NCBI GenBank assembly: GCA_963760795.1
Contig: CAVXEP010000002.1
Location: 128,001-192,000 of the forward strand
DNA length: 64,000 nucleotides
Origin: an uncultured delta proteobacterium
GTDB taxonomy: Bacteria > Desulfobacterota > Binatia > UBA9968
Direction: 5' to 3'
Positions 50,975-62,468 of this stretch are shown here, piece after piece. Numbering within the stretch: position 1 is the first letter of the stretch; the number at the start of each line of letters is the position of its first letter. The notes below the pieces were generated by a model. That model had not been told where the DNA came from, searched no databases, and worked only from the letters and a program-made list of their open reading frames with translations. A program made the position numbers and the translations under genes.

Positions 50975-52396
50975 ATGGCACTCACAAGAAGAGAATTTCT
51001 CTGTCGGCTCGGCAGTTTCGGTGCAGCGGCGTTGGCAATGGAGCGCTTCGGCATCATGGATGCGTTGGCGCAGTCGACCGATTACCGAGCGCTGGTGTGC
51101 ATATTTCTATTCGGCGGCAATGATGCCAACAACATGGTGATTCCTTACAGCGATTACATTAGCTATTCGAATGCGCGACAAGCTTCCGGCATCGCCATAC
51201 CGCAAGCCAATCTTTTGCAAATCTCACCCCCTAGTCTTCCCGGTAGCGTCTTCGGCTTGCATCCGAGCATGAGCGGCCTCCAAGAACTTTGGGGATTAGG
51301 TAAACTCGGTGTGGCTTGCAACGTCGGCCCGCTGGTCGAACCCACAACCCGCACGACCTATCGCAATGGCTCCGTTCGCGTGCCCTCAAATCTTTTTTCG
51401 CACTCCGATCAGCAGAATCAATGGCAGACTTCAGTTTCCAACGGCCAGAGTTCCGCTGGTTGGGGCGGGCGTATCGCGGACAAAACGGGCGATTTGAACC
51501 TCACCATCTTTCCGCCCATAACTTCAACCGCGGGCACGCCCATTTTCACCAGCGGAATCATCGAACGTCCGCTCGCTATCGCAGCGGCGCCGACGGCGCT
51601 GAATGCCGCGCTCCAGTTGAACGGCTTCCCCGCAAACCAATCAGCTCGGGACAGCGACCCTCGGTATTTGGCGCTGCAGAATCTGCTACTCAATGACCAA
51701 AGCTATACGCTGATTCGTGGCGCCAGCAGTGTGACCAGTACCGCGATCTCGATTGAAAAAGCTCTGCGCGCAGCCGGTAACCCGACCATTGCGCCGTTTC
51801 CACTCAATCCCAGAACTAGCCTTGGCAATCAGCTGGAACAGATCGCCAAAGTAATCAGCATTCGCAGTGACCTCGGCATGACCCGGCAGATCTTTTTCTG
51901 CTCTCTGGGCGGCTTCGATACCCATACCGGACAAGTTATCGGAGGCGATCCGGCAAGCGGAACGCAGGCGAACCTATTGGCGCAGCTGAGCGGTGCGATG
52001 CGAGCGTTCTACGACGCGACTGTAACCCTGGGCGTGGCCTCGCAGGTGACCGCTTTCACGCTCTCCGATTTCTCGCGCACATGGATTCCGAACGGAACCC
52101 TGGGAACGGATCACGCCTGGGCGGCGCACCATTTTATTATGGGCGGCGCCGTGCGCGGCGGTGATTTTTATGGTCTGCCGACTTCCAACGGCACCGTTTT
52201 CCCAACCTTAGGAGTGGACACGGGAGACGATACCGACAGCGGCACCAATGCCCGCGGCCGGTTTGTTCCCTCGGTAGCCGTTGATCAGTTCGGCGCAACC
52301 CTGGCTAGCTGGTTCGGCATAAGTAATTCCGATCTTTCAGGAGTATTCCCCAACATCAACAATTTCAGCACCAAAAACTTAGGCTTCATGATGTAA
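50975..52396 (+). CDS. DUF1501-family Tat-exported protein
   Basis: AAGGAGG RBS; TRREFL; ALVCIFLFGGND, LFSHSDQQ, GGFDTH, SDFSRT, GTDHAW. Confidence 0.9.
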   Translation: MALTRREFLCRLGSFGAAALAMERFGIMDALAQSTDYRALVCIFLFGGNDANNMVIPYSDYISYSNARQASGIAIPQANLLQISPPSLPGSVFGLHPSMSGLQELWGLGKLGVACNVGPLVEPTTRTTYRNGSVRVPSNLFSHSDQQNQWQTSVSNGQSSAGWGGRIADKTGDLNLTIFPPITSTAGTPIFTSGIIERPLAIAAAPTALNAALQLNGFPANQSARDSDPRYLALQNLLLNDQSYTLIRGASSVTSTAISIEKALRAAGNPTIAPFPLNPRTSLGNQLEQIAKVISIRSDLGMTRQIFFCSLGGFDTHTGQVIGGDPASGTQANLLAQLSGAMRAFYDATVTLGVASQVTAFTLSDFSRTWIPNGTLGTDHAWAAHHFIMGGAVRGGDFYGLPTSNGTVFPTLGVDTGDDTDSGTNARGRFVPSVAVDQFGATLASWFGISNSDLSGVFPNINNFSTKNLGFMM

Positions 52397-52437
52397 CCAC
52401 CAGACCAGCGCGCTGGCAGCGCCGAGGCCACCATCAT

Positions 52438-52710
52438 AGGCATCGTCAGCGCTGGCACCGGCGCCGGCCGGCCGACCCCGCGGAAGATGCCGCCTTCGAC
52501 AAGTGTTTCAAAGAAACCGGCATGCTCATGTGCCTGTGCAGCCGCGTCGCCGCCGGCCCGCGTCGTGCGCAGCCCAGGACTACAACGCCGCGGTTTCGTC
52601 GCCGGCGACAACTTGCAGCCGTGGAAAGCGCGCTTGCTGCTCGCTCTGGAGTTGACCAAGACCACCAACCCCGACGAAATTCAACGGATGCTAGATACTT
52701 ACTGATTCTA
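52438..52710 (+). pseudogene. Duplicated asparaginase 3' fragment (right copy of the 273-bp direct repeat)
   Basis: Encodes ...GFVAGDNLQPWKARLLLALELTKTTNPDEIQRMLDTY stop. Confidence 0.9.
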
Positions 52711-53252
52711 GCCTTAAACGGAATATCACTTATCATGTAAATTGAACTACAGTTTCGCCTACAGGGCAGTACTATGGTTCAGATTTTTCCGGGAACGACT
52801 ATTCTTTCCAGAATCGCAGTTGTTTTGATTTAACTTTCAAATCCACGCGGCCGCGGACCACAGGGTCGAGACGCCCACCGGCTGCGTGATCATCGACCAC
52901 TAGCGTCGTCGCATCCAACTCGAAGCGGGTTATTCCAATTCTCTTTCAGTTCAATCCCGTGGCACCTCTCCCCCACACTCTTGAGCAAATCTTCACGCTA
53001 GATTAATTTGTTCGTTATATTTGCCCGCTCGCTTTTCATAAATCCGAGGTGTGCCAAATCATCTGCGCTGCTTTTCATGGCCTTTTTCTTCCCGGAATTG
53101 ACTTTAAGTTCCTTCAATTCAGAGAACATAAAATTCTATAGCCATTTAGCATGCTGTGGAACACAATATCGATTTTGCTAGAGGTTTAATTAGGATAGCG
53201 CCCCACGATAGGGAATGAATAAACTTTTCGCCAGCGAGTCTAGGAGAAACGC

Positions 53253-55182
53253 ATGAAACTACCGTCGGAGCAGCAGGCGATACGGGACAAGTGTTTCCAT
53301 CCATCGGGGATGTTCGTGGAGTTTCCCAATGACGCAATCGAGCACTCGATTCCCGGGCTGTTTGAGAAAATCGTGCGAATGAATCCGGATCGAGTCGCGG
53401 TCAAGACAAAAAATCTTTTGCTGACTTATGCCGAGCTGAATCGAGCCGCCAATCAGTTAGCGTGCGCGATCGTGGCGCAATGCGGTGAAGAGAAAGAACC
53501 GGTCGCTGTATGCTTGGCGCATGGCACCGATGTCATAAAAGCGGTCCTCGCTCTCTGGAAGGCCGGAAAGATCTTCGTGCCGCTCGACCCGTGCGCTGCC
53601 ACACTCCAGAAACAAAGCAATCCTCGATGCTACACAAGCGCGCCTCGTCGTGAGCGACGCGCGCCATCGGGATTACCTCGGACAAATTCAAACGGACCTT
53701 CGCGTGATCAATATCGATGAGCCCGCTGGCACTGCGTCTGCCGAAAACATCGGTGCTTCGATCGCCCCGGACGACTTGGCCTATATCCTGTTCACTTCAG
53801 GTTCCACCGGCCAGCCTAAAGGAGTTTTGCAGAATCATCGCAATGTCCTCAATCAAATAAAAAGAGAGACCAATGGCCTGCACATTTGCGCGGACGATCG
53901 ACTGATTCTTGTGCGTTCCTGCAGCGCCATCGGGGGAATCCGAATCGTCTTGAGCGCATTGCTAAACGGCGCGGCTGTCTATCCACTCGATGTCGCGCAA
54001 GTCGGTCATGCCGAGCTCGCCGAGGTGCTGGCGCGGGAAGAGATCACCATCTATGACTCCACGCCGACGACTTTTCGCCATTTTATCCCGGCCCTCGCCA
54101 AAGAGCAGCGGTTTCCCCATTTGCGCCTGATCAGATTGTCGAGCGAACCGGTGCACAAACAAGACGTCGATCTGTATAAGAAATATTTTTCCCGAGAGTG
54201 CATCTTCGCCAACAGCTTGGGGCTTACGGAAACAGCGGGTACTATCCGGCACAACCTGATCGACCACGACACGAAAGTCACGAGCGACACCGTTCCGGTC
54301 GGCTATGCCGTCGAGGAAATGGAGGTCGTGTTGCTCGACGACGACGGTCATGAGGTCGGCGCCGATGAGATCGGTGAAATCGCCGTCCGGAGCCGTTATC
54401 TCTCGCCGGGTTACTGGGGCAACCCCGAACTTACGCAAGCGAAATTTATCGTTGACCCGGACGGGGGCGATAGGCGCCTTTACCTCACTGGAGACTTGGG
54501 CCAGATGCTCGCCGACGGCAGTCTTGTGCACCTTGGACGCAAAGATTTCCAGGTCAAAGTCCGCGGCTACAAGATCGACGTCGCCGAGATCGAGCGGGCG
54601 CTTCTCGCTCTTGAGTCCATTGAAGCGGTCGTTGTCGTTGCACGCGCGGACCGGGACGATAATCTGTCGTTGATCGCTTATCTGGTTTCTGCCACAACGC
54701 CCGCCCCTACGAACAGCGCCTTGCGCCGCGCACTTTCAGATAAACTGCCTGAATATATGATCCCCTCGTCTTTTGTCCTGCTAGAGGCGCTGCCGACGAC
54801 GCCGACCGGAAAGGTCGACCGCGGCAGGCTCCCTTTGACCGACCGCACCCGCCCCGCGCTCGACGCGGTCTTTGTGCGGCCTCGCTCGGAGCGCGAAAGA
54901 TCGCTTACAAGGATTTGGCAGGATGTGCTTCATATCGACAAGATAGGCATTGATGATAACTTTTTCGATCTCGGCGGCAACTCTCTTCGATTGGCCGAGG
55001 TCAATCTTAAGATGCGCACTGTTTTCAAAACGGATATACCCCTGGTGGAGATGTTCGCGCTTCCTACTGTAAGAACTCTCGCTGAATATTTCACCCGCCC
55101 GGGAGATAAACTAGCCAAACTTGATAAAAGCCATGATCGCGCCAAGATCCGCAGAGCGTTAAAAGAGCGGCGCAAGCGATAG
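53253..55182 (+). CDS. Stand-alone adenylation-carrier (A-PCP) loading module; frameshift near 53600
   Basis: LTYAELN, YILFTSGSTGQPKG, YLTGDLG, GRKDFQVKVRG, TGKVDR, FFDLGGNSL. Confidence 0.9.
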
Positions 55183-55199
55183 AGAGGCCGGGAGCGAAG

Positions 55200-58100
55200 A
55201 TGACTAGATCCGATAGTGTTGATCCGCTCGATGGTGTCGCCATCATCGGCATGGCGTGCCGCTTTCCCGGGGCCAAGGATGCCACTGAGTTTTGGCGGAA
55301 CCTGCGCGACGGCGTGGAATCGATCTCTTTTTTCTCCGATCAAGAGCTCGCCGCGGAAGGCATATCTCCCGCTGTCCTTGCCGAACCTGGCTATGTCAAG
55401 GCCGGCGCCGTGCTCGACGGTGTCAAATTATTCGACGCCGGCTTCTTTGGCTATTCCCCCCGAGAAGCGGAATTAATCGATCCTCAGCAACGCCTCTTTT
55501 TGGAATGCGCCTGGACCGCTCTCGAAGCCGCCGGTTACAGCCCTGAGACTTATAGCGGTCAGATCGGGATTTATGCCGGCAGTCGAGTGAACGAGTATCT
55601 ATTGAAAAATCTTTACCCCGATGGCGAACGCTTCGGCTTAAGAAACAGGGCAAAGCCGTTAGCGCTTGGGGACGATGACTACTTGGCAAGTCGCGTTTCG
55701 TACAAACTCAATCTGTGGGGGCCATCGCTTAAGATCCAAGCCGCCTGTTCTACATCGTTGGTGGCAATTCATCTTGCTTGTCAAGCTTTGCTGAACGGCG
55801 AATGCGATATGGCTATGGCTGGTGGGGTCGCCCTGCGAGTTCCGGAAAAAACCGGATACTTTTTCGAGGAAGGTGGCGTCGTTTCGCCCGATGGACATTG
55901 CCGAAGCTTTGACGCGAGTGCAAACGGCACTGTCTTCGGTAGCGGCGTCGGCATCGTGGTCCTGAAGCGTTTAGCCGACGCCGTAAAGGACCGGGATAAC
56001 ATCGATGCGCTCATCAAGGGATCGGCCATCAACAACGACGGGGCATTGAAGATCGGCTTCACGGCGCCCAGTGCCGAGGGCCAGGCGCAGGTGATTGCCG
56101 AAGCGCTCGACATCGCTGGAGTGGATCCTGAGACGGTGAGCATACATCGAAGCCCATGGCACGGCGACGTCGCTCGGAGATCCGATCGAGATTGCCGCTC
56201 TAACTCAAGCTTTTCGCGCCGGGACGCGAAAAAAAATCTATTGCGCCATCGGCTCGGTAAAATCCAATATCGGCCACGCGAGCGCGGCGGCGGGCGTTGC
56301 CGGCATCATCAAGACTACACTGGCGCTCAAACATAAGTTGCTGCCGCCGAGTCTGCATTTTGAACAGGCCAATCCCAAGATCGATTTCGCAAACAGCCCC
56401 TTCTATGTCAATACCAAGCTTTCGGAATGGACGAGCGCGGCCACGCCGCGCCGCGCCGGGGTCAGCTCCTTTGGCGTCGGCGGCACAAACGCCCATGCGA
56501 TTTTGGAGGAGGCTCCCGCCGTTGAAGCTTCCGGACCGTCCCGGCCTTGGCAGCTGATATTGCTCTCCGCCAAGAGCGGCACCGCTCTGGAAGCCGCAAC
56601 GACAAATCTTGCGGACCATTTAAAGCAACATGCCGACATTAACCTCGGCGATGTCGCTTTTACTCTTCAAGTCGGACGCAAACCGTTCAACCATCGGCGC
56701 GCCCTCGTCTGCCGAGATCTTGCTGATGTCGTGCAAACCATCGAGAGCAGAGACCCCAAGAGGATTTCGACCGGGGCGAGCGATATGAGCGACGGCAGCG
56801 CGGCATTCATGTTTCCCGGCCAGGGCTCCCAGTATGTCAACATGGGCCGCGATCTCTACCGGACCGAGTCGATGTTTCGCGCGCAGGTTGACAGGTGTGC
56901 CGAGATCCTTTTACCGAAGCTGGGACTCGATCTGCGCCAAACTCTTTACCCGAGCGAGGCTCAAGCAGAAGAGGCATCGAAGCGGCTCAATCGAACGCTC
57001 CTAGCGCAGCCGGCGCTGTTTACGATCGAATACGCCCTGGCCAAGCTGCTGATCGGCTGGGGAATAGAGCCCAAAGCGATGATCGGTCACAGTGTCGGCG
57101 AATACGTGGCGGCATGTCTGGCGGGAGTTTTTACCTTAGAAGACGGTCTCGGCTTGATCGCCGCCCGCGGCCGGTTGATGGACGGACTGCCGGGCGGTGC
57201 CATGATTGCGGTCCCGCTGCCTTTGGCAGAGGTAAAGCCGTTCTTGAGCGATACGATTGAACTCGCCGCTCATAACGGCCCCGCGCTCTGCGTCCTAGCC
57301 GGACCGGAGGAAACTTTACGAGTGCTCGAACGACGAATGAAAGAAATGAATATCGACTGCCGCCGCCTGCATACCTCGCACGCATTTCATTCGCAGATGA
57401 TGGAGCCGGTTCTGCAAGCGTTTACGGACGAAGTCCATAAGATCGATCTCAAGCCGCCGACGATACCGTATCTTTCCAATGTTTCTGGAAACTGGATCAC
57501 GGAGGCTGAAGCCACCGACGCAAATTATTGGGCGAAACAGCTGCGCCAAACGGTGCGGTTTTCTGAGGGCTTGGCAAAACTCTTGGAGAGTTTCGGCGGC
57601 GCTCTCCTGGAAATTGGCCCGGGCCAGACGCTGAGTGCCTCAGCCATGCAACATAAGCGGACGGATCAAACCATTCTCCGTACCATGCGCCGTGCGCAGG
57701 AGCACGATGCCGACTTGGCGGTTCTTTTAACTACGCTCGGCCGCCTTTGGCTTGCGGGCATCCAGATCGATTGGGTGGCCTTCTATGCCACCGAGCGGCG
57801 GCGTCGGCGGCCGCTCCCAACATATCCGTTCGAGCGCCAGCGTTACTGGGTCGAAGCACCGCTGGGATCTGGCGCCGTCCAGGCGCGAGCGGTGGCGCGA
57901 GAGAAAAAATTGGATATTGCCGACTGGTTCTATGTTCCTTCGTGGAAAAGATCTGTTTCGCCTCAGATGCTCCAAGGGGAAAGCCTTGCGCGGCATCAGC
58001 GCTCTTGGCTGGTGTTTGTCGATGCCTGCGGCCTGGGCGCGCGTCTAGCCGAACGTTTGGAAGCATCCGGACAAGATGTTATCCGCGTCGAACCCGGGGT

Positions 58101-59886
58101 AACCTTTGGCCGGATCGATCAAAACCGGTATGCAATCAATCCGCGCAGTCAGAGCGACTACTTCGATTTGCTTAAATCGCTGGGTAAGGAAAGAAATGTT
58201 CCAGACCGAATCGTTCATCTATGGAGTGTTACGCGCAACGATACGGCGGTCACCATGGAAGCCTTCGATGCCGCGCAGCCTTTGGGATTCTATAGTCTGC
58301 TTCACCTGGCTCAGGCGCTGGAGAAGCATGGTGTAGTCGCGCCGCTGCGGATCGAGTTCATCTCGAATCATCTCCAGGAAATTGGCGAGGGTGATCGCTT
58401 GCGTCCCGAGAAGGCGACCGCACTGGGGCCGTGTAAAGTCATCCCGCAGGAATACACCCATATTAGCTGCCGCAGTATCGATGTCGTACTCCCGGGCGTA
58501 ACGGAGCATGGCGAGGACGCGCTGGTGGAGCAGCTTTTGAAAGAGTTCGCCTCCCAGCCGGTGGATCGGGCGATCGCATACCGCGGCAAGCATCGGTGGG
58601 TGCAAGTCTTTGAGCCAGTGCGGCTCACCGTGTCAGACGAAAGCCCACGTCTTAGAACCGGCGGCGTATATTTGATCACGGGTGGGTTGGGACATATTGG
58701 TCTGTTATTGGCGAAGTATCTGGCAGTCACCGTCAAGGCCAAGCTTGTTCTCACGGGTCGCTCGGTTCCGCCGGAACGAGAACAATGGGACGAATACTTG
58801 CGCGACCACGATGATTGACGATCCGGTGGTCCAACGGATCCGCCAGGTCAAAGCGATAGAAAATGTTGGGCGCTGAGGTGTTGATGGCTGGCGCGGATGT
58901 TAGCTCGCTGGAGCAGATGCAAGCCGTGATCAAGCAAGCGACGCTGCGATTCGGACCTCTCCACGGCGTTATTCACGCAGCCGGGATTCTTGGCGAAAAA
59001 TTGATGATGCCGGTACAGGAAACGAGCCCTGATGGGTGCAGGGCTCAGTTCGGCGCGAAAGTACAAGGGCTTTTGGTTCTCGATCAGCTTCTGTGCGGCA
59101 AAGAGCTGGATTTTTCCATCGTGACATCTTCCATGTCGTCTGTGTTAGGCGGTCTTGGCTTTAGCGCCTACGCGGCGGCAAATCTCTTTATGGACGCCTT
59201 CGCGCACCACCGCGCCCAAACGGGTGGTTTGCCCTGGACCAGTATAAATTTTGGCCGCTGGGAATTCGCTGTAGAAACCGAGGGACGGACAAATTCTGCC
59301 GCAGCCGCTGCGAGTGTGGCCGATGACAGCCGAGGAGGGCGTGGAGGCGTTCAGGCGTATTCTCTCCGTCGACCCGGCAACACAAATCATCGTTTCGACT
59401 AGGGACCTGACAGCCAGGATCGACGAGTGGAAAAGCCCGGAAATTTCGCGAGGTGCCGATCAGTCGTCACCCGCAGAGTCGGCAATCCGCGGGGCGATTC
59501 CGACCGGTTACTCAAGACCCAACCTGGCAAACGCCTATGTGGCTCCCGCAAGCGATTTGCAGCGAACGATCGCGGGCATCTGGCAAGAACAACTGGGTAT
59601 TGGGCAGATTGGCCTACATGACAACTTCTTCGAGCTGGGTGGACATTCGTTACTTGCCACGCAAATCATATCTCGAATACGCAATGCTTTTTCCATCGAG
59701 GTGCCGCTACGCCGCGTCTTTGAGTCGCAAACGGTTGCAGAAATGGCCGCCATTATTTCAGAAATCCAAGTGAAGCGGACCAGCGAAGCCGAGCTAACTC
59801 AGATAATGCGCGAGGTTGAAGCGATGACGGAGGAAGAAGTCCAACAAGGTACGGCCAAGCTTAATTCGACAATCGCCAAAAAGTAA
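55200..59886 (+). CDS. Single-module type I PKS, KS-AT-KR-ACP; frameshifts near 56140, 58815, 58860 and 59315
   Basis: KS: AACSTSL, EAHGT, KSNIGH; AT: GHSVGE, HAFHS; KR: TGGLGHIG, YAAAN; ACP: FFELGGHSL; no TE. Confidence 0.9.
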
Positions 59887-60765
59887 CTTTCCATTGCCGA
59901 GATCCTGTGCGTGTGTGCGATTTTCCCAGAGAATCGACTAAAAGCAGATCTACGATTAACGTTCGATTGATATCGATGATCGAGCGATGTCCTCCCTCCG
60001 CAGGCTAAGATCGAGCTGTATGCCCCCAGCAATGCCTTCCCAACGCTGTTCTTCACGCTCCCCGCTTTGCTCATGAACCGCTTCGCCATAGCCGTCACTG
60101 AACCAAATATCAGAGCCGGCCATGGGCTCCGGGTCATTGCTCGCCGAGGTTTTATTAAGCCCACTCGAACGACTCGGCGAGCGCCTAACTATGATCAGTG
60201 TCCTCGGCATAGCTTTCTGTCAGTGGCACAGGAGAAGGAAGCATACGGCGCCGAGACATTTCCGGCAGCATAAGTTCGTCTAGAGCGCTCGGGAAAGCGG
60301 ATTTTGGATTTAGCGCGGTTCTTTCATAATTACATAGTCAGCGAAGATGAAATGATTTCATGCACTTCCAAGATTCGGCGCGAAATGACAAGACAATGGG
60401 TAAAGTTACAACGAGCCCGGATTTCATCTAAAGGGTCGTGGCCGGCAACGGTGTCATCAGAACTCATCGAACGCTTCGCGAATTACTCTTTCGGTTGAAC
60501 CAACCGCACTATCCCTATCTGTCGCAACAGAAATATTAGCCGCGGTGCAAAAATAGCCGCCAGCGAGCTTTTCCCGCTGAACGAATAGACGAAGCTCCTT
60601 GTCATTCCGAGTCACGCCCGCCCAATTGCCTCTCCTCCCTCCTGGGTCCTGATCTTGCTCAGTCTCCAGCGATATCAATTTTGACCAGCGCACCTGCATT
60701 GAACAACGCCAGCTTCGGGCCGCAGCGCTAAGCAAGCGACCGCAGGCGCACAAAGAGGAGGGAAC

Positions 60766-62454
60766 ATGATCGCAGAGAAAGGTTTTACAGCAAAGCTCCT
60801 ATGCTACTCGCTGGTGGTCATTACAGGGCTATGGCACGCCAGCGATACTTACGGCGCTGTGGCGCCAAAGGCTACCGAAGCGGAAGCAGTTCGATTTCTC
60901 CAGCAAGCGAGTTGGGGGCCCAATAAGGCAACAATGCAAAAAGTCCAGCAGCAAGGCATCGCCGCGTGGATCGATGGGCAACTCAAAGCTCGACCCAAGG
61001 CTTACCCTAATCTCAGATTCTACCCTGAATCCCAGCCGGCAAACTGCGTCGACACCTGCGCGCGCGACAACTACACCTATTATCAATTGCAGAAACACTT
61101 TTTTACCAACGCGCTCACAGGACAGGACCAATTGCGCCAACGGGCAGCCTTCGCGCTGAGCCAGATCTTCGTCACCGCGCAGGGCGCCGTTCCCATGCCG
61201 GCATGGATGCGAACCTACCAGCAATTGCTCTACGACAATGCCTTCGGCAACTACCGGGAGCTGCTCTTCGATATCGCGCTAACGCCGGCGATGGGCCGCT
61301 ACCTCGACATGCTCAACAACCGCTGCCAGACACCGGTTCCCGCCAACGTTAATATTTGCCGCAACGGTTCGAGCGCTCAGCCCAACGAAAACTTTGCCCG
61401 GGAAATTCTCCAGCTATTCTCGATCGGCACCTTCATGATGAATCAGGACGGCACTTACCAAACCGACGGCGCTGGCCAGCCGATACCGACCTACGATCAA
61501 GCCAAGGTCGAGGAATTCGCGCGCGTCTTCACCGGCTGGGTACTCGCTCCGCCGCTGCGAGGTGTCGGCGGCGAAGTGCCCAACTACAAAGTCCCCATGG
61601 TGGTGCGTCGCAACAGCCAAAACCAGGAAATGCATCATGATCGTGGCGCGAAAACATTGCTCAATGGCGCAGTCATCCCGGCCGGCACAGATGCCGAGGT
61701 GGAATTGAATCTAGTCATCGACAACATCGTCAGTCATGCCAACGTCGCCCCGTTCATCTCTAAGCAGTTGATTCGCCATCTGGTGACGGCTAACCCGTCT
61801 CCCGCCTATGTCGGCCGGATAGCGGCGATTTTTTCCGCGAACCTCAATAGCGCCGACCAACTTGGGGTAGTGATTAAAGCGATTCTGATGGACCCCGAAG
61901 CGCGCACTCTACCCGATTCGGCGGTCGATCCCGATGCCGGCAAACTCAACGAACCGGTAGTGTTTATGCTCAACTTCCTGCGCGCCTTTGAGGCCAAGAG
62001 CGACGGCGTCCTCAACGGCGGCTCGCGCGGCTCGGCAGCGATGAATCAAGATGTATTTCGCTCGCCGACCGTCTTCAACTACTACCCGGCGGAATACGAG
62101 GTCCCCGGCGAACCTAATCTGGTCGGTCCGGTGTTTGGTATTTTTTCGACCCTGACGACGATTACGCGGGCTAATTTTATCAATCAAGTGCTTTTCTCGG
62201 GTATTCCGGTGAGCCTGCCGAATACACCGAAAGGCACCGCTCTAACTCTAAAAATCTGGGAAGACCTTGCCGACACCCCGGTGGAGTTGGTCGACCGATT
62301 GAGCTGCTGGATGCTCCACTGCACCATGTCGCAGGAGATGAAAACCATTATCGTCAACGCGGTGAACACCGTGCCGGTAACGAGTTTGCTCTTACGCGCG
62401 CAGACGGCGATCTATCTGGTCGCGACATCGAACCACTATCAAGTTCTACGCTAG
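60766..62454 (+). CDS. DUF1800-family protein, paralog 2
   Basis: GAGGAGG RBS; signal-peptide-like N-terminus; RFLQQASWGP, DQLRQR, PNENFAREILQLFSIG. Confidence 0.9.
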   Translation: MIAEKGFTAKLLCYSLVVITGLWHASDTYGAVAPKATEAEAVRFLQQASWGPNKATMQKVQQQGIAAWIDGQLKARPKAYPNLRFYPESQPANCVDTCARDNYTYYQLQKHFFTNALTGQDQLRQRAAFALSQIFVTAQGAVPMPAWMRTYQQLLYDNAFGNYRELLFDIALTPAMGRYLDMLNNRCQTPVPANVNICRNGSSAQPNENFAREILQLFSIGTFMMNQDGTYQTDGAGQPIPTYDQAKVEEFARVFTGWVLAPPLRGVGGEVPNYKVPMVVRRNSQNQEMHHDRGAKTLLNGAVIPAGTDAEVELNLVIDNIVSHANVAPFISKQLIRHLVTANPSPAYVGRIAAIFSANLNSADQLGVVIKAILMDPEARTLPDSAVDPDAGKLNEPVVFMLNFLRAFEAKSDGVLNGGSRGSAAMNQDVFRSPTVFNYYPAEYEVPGEPNLVGPVFGIFSTLTTITRANFINQVLFSGIPVSLPNTPKGTALTLKIWEDLADTPVELVDRLSCWMLHCTMSQEMKTIIVNAVNTVPVTSLLLRAQTAIYLVATSNHYQVLR

Positions 62455-62468
62455 AGAAGGAGAATCAT

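Noticed and set aside
58810-58870. Stop-codon readthrough or programmed frameshift in the PKS
   Set aside because: Two separate +1 indels restore the KR domain; no slippery site or SECIS-like hairpin is evident
59887-60765. Small ORFs or ncRNA between the PKS and DUF1800b
   Set aside because: No RBS-supported ORF with motifs and no recognisable RNA structure by eye; an Rfam scan would be needed
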